Shown here piece after piece: positions 10,468 to 18,683 of a stretch of DNA of 64,000 bases. The notes under the pieces are model-generated. The model had not been told where the DNA came from and searched no databases. It was given only the letters and a program-made list of their open reading frames with translations. Position 1 is the first letter of the stretch, and each line of letters starts with the position of its first letter. Made by a program: the position numbers and the translations under genes. The DNA is from Bacteroidales bacterium (lineage in GTDB: Bacteria; Bacteroidota; Bacteroidia; Bacteroidales; FEN-979): positions 12,552 through 76,551 of the forward strand of contig DAONET010000004.1 of the NCBI GenBank assembly GCA_035403225.1, in the 5' to 3' direction.

Positions 10468-12639
10468 GGCGGGACCACCGTTGGGAATAACAGGAACATT
10501 GGCATTGTATCTGAAGTAGTTCTGTAAAGTGATGGTCACATGCATGGTTTGTCCGACAACCAGCGTGTTGGGAATGGTAATGGTGACGGGGCTTCCTGTA
10601 CCTGTAGCGGTGCCCAGAATCTGGTCATTCAGCGTAAGAGCAATGAACGATCCGGTGTTGGCGGTAACCTGAAAAGAGGTGGTGCCTGCCTGGATGTTCG
10701 GGTTATGGGATACAGTGAGTGTTTGAGGAACTTCAGAATACACTACCGAAAAAGCATCTCCATGGTGGTGGAATAAATGATAGGTTACCATTTTGTTGCT
10801 GGTGTTATAAGGCCAGCTTGATTGTTGCAGAAAATACTTTCCGGCTACATTCCCAAAGCATGGCAGGAACCCGCGTGAAGCCGGATTTGTTCCATAGGTG
10901 GGCATAAAATTGGGCCAGAAGTTATCCATCATGCCCCACAGGTAGGTGTCATTCACGAAAGAATATGATACTTCGGAAGCGGCGATCAGGCCCAGCGCAC
11001 CGGCATTCTGCCCGTTGTATGTGTAACGGTGGAACTTCTCTGCGAAACATTCACTGCCATAGTTGTATTTTCCGGTCAGGCAGTTGATAGAGAAGATAAA
11101 CGAAAGCTGGTTCACGTTGGTCAGCCCGTTGATGTTTGAGTTGCCGTAGGCAGGTTCTCCCCAACCCGTTTCACCGCCATGGTCGCGATGCATCAGGCAG
11201 AAAGCACCTGCATTGATAGCAGCATTGATCTGGGTTCCATTTCCACCGGTCCAGCAGCAAGGCATCTCGGCAGGAGTAGCCGGAATATAATTCTGTCCAG
11301 CCGGACCGAAATAGTTGATAACCGTGCTGGTATTGGTAGCCGTTGACCAAACGCTGCCCGGTGTACCGCTGTATACTTCATTGATACGAACAGGTGTTTT
11401 CAACTGAACATTCTTCCAGAACCCTCCGGTAACTTCCGAACAGATCTGGAACCAACGCTCCGTTTGCCAACCTAAAGCGGTGATAGGATGAGAATAGAAA
11501 TAGGCAGATGTCGGAGGATTCCGCTCATAATTGAGGAATTTGGTGACCATCACTTGTAATTGTGAAGCATCGTTAGCCGTAATGCGGGCCATGCAGATAT
11601 CCGGCAAACTGTCACCGGTGACATCGCCAAACATGTTGTCGGAAACACAGTATGAATCCCAGATCGGAGAAATGACCGAACAGGTGGCATCGGCGCCGTA
11701 ATCACCTAATAGGAGGATAGCTGAAGGAGCAGGATTCCAGGTATGATAGGCATTATCGATATAAGATTCGATAGCGGTGGTGGTGTTACCGCCGACTTCG
11801 GTTAAGGTCTTCACAACCGTTGAAATACCCTGCTGGATACGGAACCTCCGTATGGAATCAGCCCATTGAACAAAGGGAGCTCCGGTGGGAGTGATGATCA
11901 GGTATTCATATCCGGGGACATCCGTTACTTCCTGTGCCCTGGCGTCATAATCTATCTTGGGGAGAACAGAAGCGTTGAACAGCGCATCTTCCAGAATCGG
12001 ATCCCAGAACCGGCTACGGAGACGATCTTCTCCAAAATGACCGTTTCCTCCCTGGAAACTGATCTCAATTTTCAGGTCTCGATATATTTTAAGTTCTTTC
12101 GTGACAGGATTATATTGAAAAGGAGTGATCCCGAGCATTACTACGTCCACACCGCGAATCTGGGTGGGAGCGGAAAGAGTGACCGGTTGCGCAGGATAAA
12201 ATGCATTGGTGGAATAAACCTGCATATTTTTATGATACTCCATTTCACCGGCCTCATCTTCTTTGGGAATCCTGGGCGCCGGAATGATATCTATGTTTTG
12301 CATGGTCTCTACCCGAGAGGAGAGAATATGCAAGGTAGCAGTGGCTCCCTGCGGAATCGCTATATACCTTCCGTTACCGGGCAGATTGGGACAGCCTTCA
12401 TCATTAAAAAGAAAGCTACCAGGCAATCCGATATTTTTCATTACCTGACCATCCACCGGTATATCTTCCAGGTTCAGATCATGGATGGAGAAATTAATAC
12501 TGGCTGATTTGTCGGTGGATGCCTGGAGTGTGAATCCGGCATTCGACCAAGGGTCGGAATACGTGACTTTCTGTGCTGACAATCCTTGCATCAGCAGCAA
12601 AAAAATCATGGTTAACAAGGTGTAAAAAACATTCTTCAT
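9175..12639 (-). CDS. Gingipain-family (peptidase C25) cysteine peptidase with propeptide, PKD/Ig-like modules and T9SS CTD
   Basis: Signal peptide is ...LMQGLSA|QK. A C25 propeptide-like N-terminus is present (GVDVVMLGITPFQYNPVTKELKIY). The catalytic dyad context resembles RgpB: LMHRDHGGETGWGEP (His487 codon at 11179-11181) and FIFSINCLTGKY (Cys520 codon at 11080-11082). The CTD reads VTPNPSNGKFKLDVA...GVYYLLIS...RKLVIQK. The stop is only 14 nt from the start of the next gene. Confidence 0.88.
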   Translation of the reverse strand: MKNVFYTLLTMIFLLLMQGLSAQKVTYSDPWSNAGFTLQASTDKSASINFSIHDLNLEDIPVDGQVMKNIGLPGSFLFNDEGCPNLPGNGRYIAIPQGATATLHILSSRVETMQNIDIIPAPRIPKEDEAGEMEYHKNMQVYSTNAFYPAQPVTLSAPTQIRGVDVVMLGITPFQYNPVTKELKIYRDLKIEISFQGGNGHFGEDRLRSRFWDPILEDALFNASVLPKIDYDARAQEVTDVPGYEYLIITPTGAPFVQWADSIRRFRIQQGISTVVKTLTEVGGNTTTAIESYIDNAYHTWNPAPSAILLLGDYGADATCSVISPIWDSYCVSDNMFGDVTGDSLPDICMARITANDASQLQVMVTKFLNYERNPPTSAYFYSHPITALGWQTERWFQICSEVTGGFWKNVQLKTPVRINEVYSGTPGSVWSTATNTSTVINYFGPAGQNYIPATPAEMPCCWTGGNGTQINAAINAGAFCLMHRDHGGETGWGEPAYGNSNINGLTNVNQLSFIFSINCLTGKYNYGSECFAEKFHRYTYNGQNAGALGLIAASEVSYSFVNDTYLWGMMDNFWPNFMPTYGTNPASRGFLPCFGNVAGKYFLQQSSWPYNTSNKMVTYHLFHHHGDAFSVVYSEVPQTLTVSHNPNIQAGTTSFQVTANTGSFIALTLNDQILGTATGTGSPVTITIPNTLVVGQTMHVTITLQNYFRYNANVPVIPNGGPAPDFIADSTAICNGNNVDFTDLTTGNPTSWLWSFPGGTPASSTDQHPQNIVYTNAGSYSVTLTATNSVCPNTITKTAYITVSGPTSTPSAPEGNAELCMNSTNTLYTVVPVPQAVTYNWVLTPDTAGVVTPSDSNTCVVNWSDTYVGYAYLKVQAANGCGISGYSPELTIHIQPFPVVPNQPSGPASLCFGMQTTSDYSTSPVENALNYTWSLQPSTAGTITWLDTACTVTWDASFMETATLKVKAGNNCSESLYSEPLEITVNEYPVVELGEDLTIPQLQTTTLDAGNPGASYLWSNSATTQTITVGYQGNEADTYFVDVTSNGCVGSDTITVNYYDPTGIPEYNGKLNVIVTPNPSNGKFKLDVASSVDHRFDLRIMNVLGEFVYQLPDISLQGKYSAVIDLSVLRDGVYYLLISTPTDKVTRKLVIQK

Positions 12640-12745
12640 GTTTGTCGGGATTGATTAATACAATAAATAATAATGACTTGGATGAATTTGGGATAAAGAT
12701 AGAGAATTATAATCAAAAAACCAGATGTTATGTATAAAACCTATC

Positions 12746-12778
12746 AAAAAAGGCTGACCAAACCGGCCAGCCTTTTTT
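12746..12778 (-). terminator. Bidirectional rho-independent terminator after the 12807-16319 gene
   Basis: The sequence AAAAAAGGCTGaCC-aaacc-GGcCAGCCTTTTTT forms a 10-bp stem with 1 mismatch, flanked by an A-run and a T-run. It lies 29 nt downstream of the stop at 12807. Confidence 0.62.
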
Positions 12779-12806
12779 ATATCGTCTTTATTATTAGAGC
12801 GATAGA

Positions 12807-14135
12807 TTATTTATCGATGACGATTTTCTTAACGATCGATTTACCGTCGTCTACTACTTTCAGGTGGTAGAGGCCTTTCGGCAGGGAAGAAAGATCGATA
12901 ACAAGCGTCAGGTTGTTATTAACGGTGACATCATTATCTGAATAAACGAGGCTTCCCAGAATATTATAAACAGACAGGTTCACCTTGGTAGCTCCGTTGG
13001 TTTTCATTGTCAGGGTCAATTTGCCCGATGTGGGGTTAGGATAAACCGAGATTCCGAATCCTTCATTTTCGCCGATACCGACGGTGTTCCGGATCAGGGT
13101 GGAAGCAGCTTCCGAAAGAGCTCCTTCGCAGCCGCTCTGGACACCTTTAACGGAAATAGTAGCGATTCCTCTGAAAGAAGATTCCCAGGTAACAGTGCCC
13201 GTAGTGCCGGTTCCGCTAATTGTTCCGGCTTCAGCAGGAGTCAGCGTCCAAACATAGGATTCAGCACCTGTAATACCAGCTGTGATATAGTCGGAGGTGG
13301 TAACGGATTTAAGGTCAACCGTGTCGGGTCCTTCCGGAGTAGCAGGGGAAGTAAGAATGGGCAGAACATTGACAGAGAATTCTGCAGATACGTCACCTTC
13401 GCCACAGTCGTTAATGCCTTTCACTGAAATACCAAGAGAACCGGTGAAGGCAGGATCAAGAACCAGTGTCTCGCTGGCAGTATTGCCTGCGAAACCACCG
13501 GCGGTTTCGGGATTGACCATCCAGATATAGCTGGTAGCATAAAGAACGCCTTCAGTAGTGAAGACAGCGTCGGAAGAGCCCTGGCAGAGTTGCACTTCGC
13601 CTGTCGGCGTAGCAGCGATACCGGGGATTTCATGCACCTGAGCTTCCATTGAATAAGTGTTGGAACAGGTTCCGTTGCTGGTAGCGGTGAGGCTTACCGT
13701 GTATGTTCCGGCAGCCGAGAATACATGGGTCGGGTTCTGCAGGGAAGAGGTATCGGAACCGGAGGCAGGATCACCAAAGTTCCAGGCCCAGGAGGTAATG
13801 GTACCGCCATTGGCTACTGACAGATCAGTGAACTGGGTAGGTGAACCGAAACAAACAGTGTCAGCCGTAAAACCGGCTTCCGGGAAGTTATAAACATGAA
13901 TGAAACTTTCTTTTACGGTAGTATCGGCTTCGGTACCGTTAGAAACGATCAGTGTCACAGAATATTCACCGGTAGCGGCATATACAATATTTTGCGGATT
14001 CTGATCCGTGGAGGTTTCGGGATTACCACCTTCGAAGGTCCAGGACCAGGAAATGGGGGAACCTGTCGAGTGATCGGTAAAATTAGTGCCTGATTCTTTG
14101 CAGAGGTTCGGTGCGCTGGCGGTAAAGTCAGCTCC
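12807..14135 (-). repeat. C-terminal cassette copy C, a more diverged variant with a duplicated PKD and no LDAG module
   Basis: It contains the same 'LCQG...Y.W...P..AG...TVTW...F.G.A.ISVKG...C.E' module type as copies A and B. It has a second PKD domain and lacks the 'LDAGNPGA.YLWS' module. Confidence 0.6.
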
Positions 14136-16319
14136 GAGTTGGTTATTCGTTACTTCTACTTCATCGCTGTAACGCAGGTAATTTTCTTTGGTAACGGTTA
14201 CCAAAACTTTTGTTCCGACATCCAGTAACGGGATATCAATGACAACAGCGGTGGTTCCATTACCTTCGGCAGTGGCAATGATTTCGTTATTAACCGTGAG
14301 GGCGATCAGTGAACCTTCGGTGGCGGTGATATTGAATGCCACGGAGCCATAGTTGATAACTGTATCATGGTTAACAGTGAGTTCCTGAGGCACTTCCCAA
14401 TAGAGGCGGGTGAATGCATCGCCGTGCATATGGAAAAGACGGTAGGTGACCGTTTTGTCGCCGGTGTTATAAGGCCAGCTTGATTGTTTCAGGAAATACT
14501 TGCCGGCTGCATTTCCAAAAGCAGGAAGAGCTCCGCGTGATGCCGGGGTGGTGCCTTCAGCAGGCATGAAATCCGGCCACATGTTGTCGTACATACCCCA
14601 GGCGTACGTATCATTCACGAAGGAATAGGAAGTCTCGGTGGGGCAAACAACGCCGAGAGCGCCGGCATTGACTCCATTCTTGGTATGACGGTGGAATTTT
14701 TCACCAAAACATTCGGCAGAACGATGAAAGGCTCCTGTCTCACAGTTGATGGAGAAAACAAAAGCGAGTTTATTCTGATTGTTCAGTTGTCCGATATTGG
14801 TGGTAGTATAAGAGGGTTCTCCCCAGCCTGTATAGTTCCCATGATCGCGGTGCTGTAACATAAAGGCGCCGGAGTCAAGTGCATTGTTGATCTTGGTGGC
14901 TGTTCCACCGGTCCAGCAGCAAGGCATTTCAGCAGGCGTCTGTGGGATATATCCGAGGCCGCTGGGTCCGAAATAGTTTACAACACTACTGGTGTTGGTG
15001 GCGGATGACCAAACACTGCCGGGAGTACCTTGGTAGACAGCATTGATACGGCGAGGATTCTTGTCATGTACGGTGCGGAAAAATCCACCGACGACTTCAG
15101 AGCAGAGTTGGAACCAGCGTTCGGTCTGCCATCCGAGGGCCGTAATGGGAAGGTCATAGAACAACGGATCCATGACAGGATTGCGTTCATAGTTGAGGGC
15201 TTTGCTGACCATCACCTGTAATTGTGCAGCATTATTGGCAGTGATACGGCTGAAAACAATATCGGGCATTTCATCGCTGTTCACGTCGGCGTATTTGTTA
15301 TCCGAAGCAAAATCGGGATATCCGTCCGGGTGATTGTACAGATAACTGATAATATTCTTGGTCGTATCTGTCCCGTAGTCGGCTAAAAGGAGGCAGGCAG
15401 CGGGTTTAATGGTCCAGTTATTATAGGCATTGTTGAACCAGGATTCCAAGGCTGCAACAGTATTGCCACCGCACTGGGTGGTGGTGAATACTTTGGTCAG
15501 GATACCCTGCTGGTTACGGAAGTTTTTGATAGAATCAGCCCATTGTGCAAAATCAGCACCTGTCGGGATAACGATGATATATTCGCATTCATCGTTTTTG
15601 GCTTTCTGGGAGTATGACTGGAAGCGTTTGTCAAAATCAACCGCAGGGAGTGCGCCGGAGTTCAGAATCTGATCCTGGAGGATAGGTTCCCACCAGCGGC
15701 TCCGGAAAGCGGGATCGCCAAACTGACCATTTCCACCTTCGAAATTAAGCTCAACGCGGATGTCTTTGTAAACGATCAGGTCCTTGGTAACCGGGTTATA
15801 TTGAAACGGGGTGAAGCCCAGAATGACGACATCAACGCCACGAATCTGGTTTACTTCGGACATCTGTACCGGTTCGGCAGGATAGAAGGCGTTTTTCGAA
15901 TAGACCTCGGTATTCTTGCTGTAAACGAGCGGATTGGGATCGTTATCCAGCGGAAGAACCGGGGCAGGAGCGATATTTACATTATGGATGGTTTCGACGT
16001 TCAGTGAAATAATACGGAGTTTCGGCGTCGCACCGGTTGGAATGGCAATATATTTTCCTTTTCCCGGGAGGTTTGGCATCCCTGCATCGTTAAAAAGGAA
16101 GTTGCCGGGCAGGTTTACATTTTTCATCATCTCTCCGTTAATATTCACATCTTCGAGTGAGAATGATGGAACAGAATAAACCACCTCAGCCCTGTCCGTG
16201 CCGGAACTCACCAGGTTCATCCCTGCCTTGCCCCAACAATCGGAATAGGAGTATGTCTGCGCAGTTAAAGTGAAGGTGGCAAACACACACAAACATAAGA
16301 GTAGATAGGCTTTTTTCAT
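12807..16319 (-). CDS. Gingipain-family (peptidase C25) cysteine peptidase paralog with propeptide, two PKD domains, Ig-like modules and T9SS CTD
   Basis: Signal peptide is ...TFTLTA|QT. The propeptide and catalytic regions are collinear with 9175-12639 (MLQHRDHGNYTGWGEP; FVFSINCETGAF). There are two PKD-type modules (WSWTFEGGNP...YSVTLIVS and WAWNFGDPASG...YTVSLTAT). The CTD reads VYPNPTSGKLTLTMK...GLYHLKVV...KKIVIDK. Confidence 0.88.
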   Translation of the reverse strand: MKKAYLLLCLCVFATFTLTAQTYSYSDCWGKAGMNLVSSGTDRAEVVYSVPSFSLEDVNINGEMMKNVNLPGNFLFNDAGMPNLPGKGKYIAIPTGATPKLRIISLNVETIHNVNIAPAPVLPLDNDPNPLVYSKNTEVYSKNAFYPAEPVQMSEVNQIRGVDVVILGFTPFQYNPVTKDLIVYKDIRVELNFEGGNGQFGDPAFRSRWWEPILQDQILNSGALPAVDFDKRFQSYSQKAKNDECEYIIVIPTGADFAQWADSIKNFRNQQGILTKVFTTTQCGGNTVAALESWFNNAYNNWTIKPAACLLLADYGTDTTKNIISYLYNHPDGYPDFASDNKYADVNSDEMPDIVFSRITANNAAQLQVMVSKALNYERNPVMDPLFYDLPITALGWQTERWFQLCSEVVGGFFRTVHDKNPRRINAVYQGTPGSVWSSATNTSSVVNYFGPSGLGYIPQTPAEMPCCWTGGTATKINNALDSGAFMLQHRDHGNYTGWGEPSYTTTNIGQLNNQNKLAFVFSINCETGAFHRSAECFGEKFHRHTKNGVNAGALGVVCPTETSYSFVNDTYAWGMYDNMWPDFMPAEGTTPASRGALPAFGNAAGKYFLKQSSWPYNTGDKTVTYRLFHMHGDAFTRLYWEVPQELTVNHDTVINYGSVAFNITATEGSLIALTVNNEIIATAEGNGTTAVVIDIPLLDVGTKVLVTVTKENYLRYSDEVEVTNNQLGADFTASAPNLCKESGTNFTDHSTGSPISWSWTFEGGNPETSTDQNPQNIVYAATGEYSVTLIVSNGTEADTTVKESFIHVYNFPEAGFTADTVCFGSPTQFTDLSVANGGTITSWAWNFGDPASGSDTSSLQNPTHVFSAAGTYTVSLTATSNGTCSNTYSMEAQVHEIPGIAATPTGEVQLCQGSSDAVFTTEGVLYATSYIWMVNPETAGGFAGNTASETLVLDPAFTGSLGISVKGINDCGEGDVSAEFSVNVLPILTSPATPEGPDTVDLKSVTTSDYITAGITGAESYVWTLTPAEAGTISGTGTTGTVTWESSFRGIATISVKGVQSGCEGALSEAASTLIRNTVGIGENEGFGISVYPNPTSGKLTLTMKTNGATKVNLSVYNILGSLVYSDNDVTVNNNLTLVIDLSSLPKGLYHLKVVDDGKSIVKKIVIDK

Positions 16320-16359
16320 AGAATTGTTTTTATTGGTTTTCAGTCATTTTTCCACTTTA

Positions 16360-16367
16360 CAAAGTTA
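16360..16367 (-). promoter_or_regulatory. Bacteroidota-type -7 box (TAACTTTG on the minus strand)
   Basis: The plus strand reads caaagtta. It lies 41 nt upstream of the ATG at 16319. Confidence 0.42.
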
Positions 16368-16444
16368 AAAAATTTCTCCGAAAATTAAAAATTCCGCCGG
16401 AGAATGTCGACAAACAAACGTATCTGACAGGCAGACGGGACCTG

Positions 16445-18556
16445 TTATTTGAGCAAAACCAGTTTCCCGGTCATGGTAACCGTTCCGGCTTCCGCACGGA
16501 GGGTATAAATACCATCCGAAAGTCCCTGAAGACTCAACGGATAGATGTTGCTTCCGGCCTCCAGATTGCCACTGGTTTCTGTCATGACGGGCTGCCCTAA
16601 ACTGTTTATCAGCGTAAAGGTCACTTTGGCGTTTTGGGCAAGGGTGAACCGTACCCTGATGTCTCCACGGGTCGGATTGGGACCGATGGTAAGTTTTTCG
16701 GGGAAGGTGGTAGTGGTGATACCCGTTGAAGGCTCGGAAGTCCAGATCTTCAGAACGGGGTCGCCCAGGGCATTGCAATCGTAAAAACACCATCTCTGGG
16801 CACCGGGTTCAAATTCACCGGCAACATCCACCCAGGGAGCTGTCTTGATCTTCGAAACCATTTGTGCTTCCCCTAAGGTAGTGACACGGAGACTTGCGGT
16901 ATCATTGTACAAGGCGCTGATGAACTCCCGGTGGATATGAGCAGAAGGTCCTTCCGTTTCACCCTGGTTAAACCATCCGTATCGTGAATTGAAGACACCG
17001 GCTACAAGGAAATTATCAATGGTGACACATTTTTCGGCGATGCAGTCGTAGGCATCAAAGGCGCCGCAGATGCAACCGTGAGAGTACATGAGCTGATAAT
17101 TATGCGTGACGCCGTCAATCTGGGAGAAGTTTTCATTGGTGATATCCCACAGGTAAAGGCGCATCATATAATCGGAATTGGAATGACCGCTGTGATGAAT
17201 AAACGATTTTCCGGCATTGAGCTCGGCGAGAAGGGTCGGAGTGTCCCAGCTGTATAAGTTGCCGGGAGGGGAGATCAGGGTATCGTATAACCGGTAAATG
17301 GTGTTATCGGCCGAAGGAATGCCGTGAGTGAAATATCCGTTGTCGGTATGGTCATCAACAAGAAGTTCCAGATAGTCCTGCCCGAAGGTCATGGGATCTG
17401 AATACAGAAATTCACCTACCAGGAACGGGCGTTTCAATTCACCGGTAACGGGATTGCCCTGGTACGAAACGGATTTGTGAACCATATGCTGCAGTTCGTC
17501 AGCTGTGCTGAATGGCATACGGGCGACGGCTACTTCCGGTAGAAGATCATCTTCCCCCGGCTCACCCCACCAACTGTTTCCGTTGGTGTTCCAGTTTCCG
17601 TCGAGAGATGAATAATAAAGATCTGAAGGGATGTTATCATCGGTATAGCCGGAACCGGAATTGACATAACAATAGAATCCGCGGTAAGGAATGTGTTCAA
17701 CGTCACCTCCCAAAACTACAAACTCGATTCCGTTGGTCTGGTATTCCTGAATGATATAATTGCGGATCTGCTCCTGGTAATCCTGCCCCTGCATGCTCGA
17801 AACGATAGATTCCAATGAAACGACCTGCGTGGTGATTCCTTTCTGGTTATAGTAAGAAACCAGTTCATCAAACCCCGAGGTAAACTGCGACGGAGTGATG
17901 ATCAGGGCCTGGTATGCTGTCTTCAGCGCAGGTTTGGCGGGATATAAAACCATCATGTCCGGGTTTTGTGCAAATGCCCTGACTCTTTCGATGGCAGCAG
18001 ACGATGAGGGTAAAAATTTCAGTTCTTCTTTGCAGAAATCATAAGGGGTCGACTCAATCTTAACCGTCACTTTTTGGAAAAATGATACGGCTCCCGTTAC
18101 CGGATTATACGTGAGAGGAGTGAACGTTCCCAGCGCAAACCCGTATCCGTTCAGATATTGCATGTTCGGCCCGGTGAAGCGGTGAGCAGGATAGGAGATG
18201 TTGGTCGAATATACCAGCTCATTCTTTTCGAATTTTCCGGTCGAACCAATGGAGAGAGGTTGCACCGGCTGCTGGGGGTAAAGCATGAAGCTCCCGGGAA
18301 TCACGGTCTCTTCTTCCGGAATGATCTGCATGCTGCGTACATATTCCCCCGGGGGAACCATCAGCGAAACCGACGCAAACGGTAGAACAGGCTCTCCGGT
18401 TTTTCCCTGTAACAAGGTATTCTCAAAACGGATCATCTGGTATTCTCCAACCTGTTTGATAATCGGACTGTTGAAATAGAATACTTTGGTTACTTCGGTC
18501 CCAAAAGAAAACAGTGTTACCGAGACAAGACAAGCAAGAAGAAAAATTTTTCTCAT
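16445..18556 (-). CDS. Compact C25-family cysteine peptidase with T9SS CTD; the start is re-set to an internal ATG
   Basis: The track ORF runs to 18793, but Met80 (ATG at 18556) opens a canonical signal peptide (MRKIFLLACLVSVTLFSFG). The upstream extension contains a promoter box and the neighbour's terminator. There is a propeptide-like N-terminus (GYGFALGTFTPLTYNPVTGAVSFF) and His/Cys dyad contexts (FIHHSGHSNSDY; LMYSHGCICGAFD). The CTD reads IGPNPTRGDIRVRFT...GIYTLRAE...GKLVLLK. Confidence 0.78.
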   Translation of the reverse strand: MRKIFLLACLVSVTLFSFGTEVTKVFYFNSPIIKQVGEYQMIRFENTLLQGKTGEPVLPFASVSLMVPPGEYVRSMQIIPEEETVIPGSFMLYPQQPVQPLSIGSTGKFEKNELVYSTNISYPAHRFTGPNMQYLNGYGFALGTFTPLTYNPVTGAVSFFQKVTVKIESTPYDFCKEELKFLPSSSAAIERVRAFAQNPDMMVLYPAKPALKTAYQALIITPSQFTSGFDELVSYYNQKGITTQVVSLESIVSSMQGQDYQEQIRNYIIQEYQTNGIEFVVLGGDVEHIPYRGFYCYVNSGSGYTDDNIPSDLYYSSLDGNWNTNGNSWWGEPGEDDLLPEVAVARMPFSTADELQHMVHKSVSYQGNPVTGELKRPFLVGEFLYSDPMTFGQDYLELLVDDHTDNGYFTHGIPSADNTIYRLYDTLISPPGNLYSWDTPTLLAELNAGKSFIHHSGHSNSDYMMRLYLWDITNENFSQIDGVTHNYQLMYSHGCICGAFDAYDCIAEKCVTIDNFLVAGVFNSRYGWFNQGETEGPSAHIHREFISALYNDTASLRVTTLGEAQMVSKIKTAPWVDVAGEFEPGAQRWCFYDCNALGDPVLKIWTSEPSTGITTTTFPEKLTIGPNPTRGDIRVRFTLAQNAKVTFTLINSLGQPVMTETSGNLEAGSNIYPLSLQGLSDGIYTLRAEAGTVTMTGKLVLLK

Positions 18557-18608
18557 AATGAAAGGATTAATAACTGAAAAACATAAATCTGTTAGGGTAG
18601 TCTCCTTA

Positions 18609-18616
18609 CAAAGATA
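18609..18616 (-). promoter_or_regulatory. Bacteroidota-type -7 box (TATCTTTG on the minus strand)
   Basis: The plus strand reads caaagata. It lies 53 nt upstream of the ATG at 18556 and downstream of the 18630-18667 terminator. Confidence 0.42.
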
Positions 18617-18629
18617 CAATAAATCAGTG

Positions 18630-18667
18630 AAAAAAAAGCCTGATCCGGGGGGAACAGGCTTTTTTTT
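18630..18667 (-). terminator. Bidirectional rho-independent terminator after the 18684-20168 gene
   Basis: The sequence is A8-GCCTGaTCC-gggg-GGAaCAGGC-T8, a GC-rich stem flanked by 8-nt A and T runs. It lies 17 nt downstream of the stop at 18684. Confidence 0.68.
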
Positions 18668-18683
18668 ATCTGTAAAAAGAATT

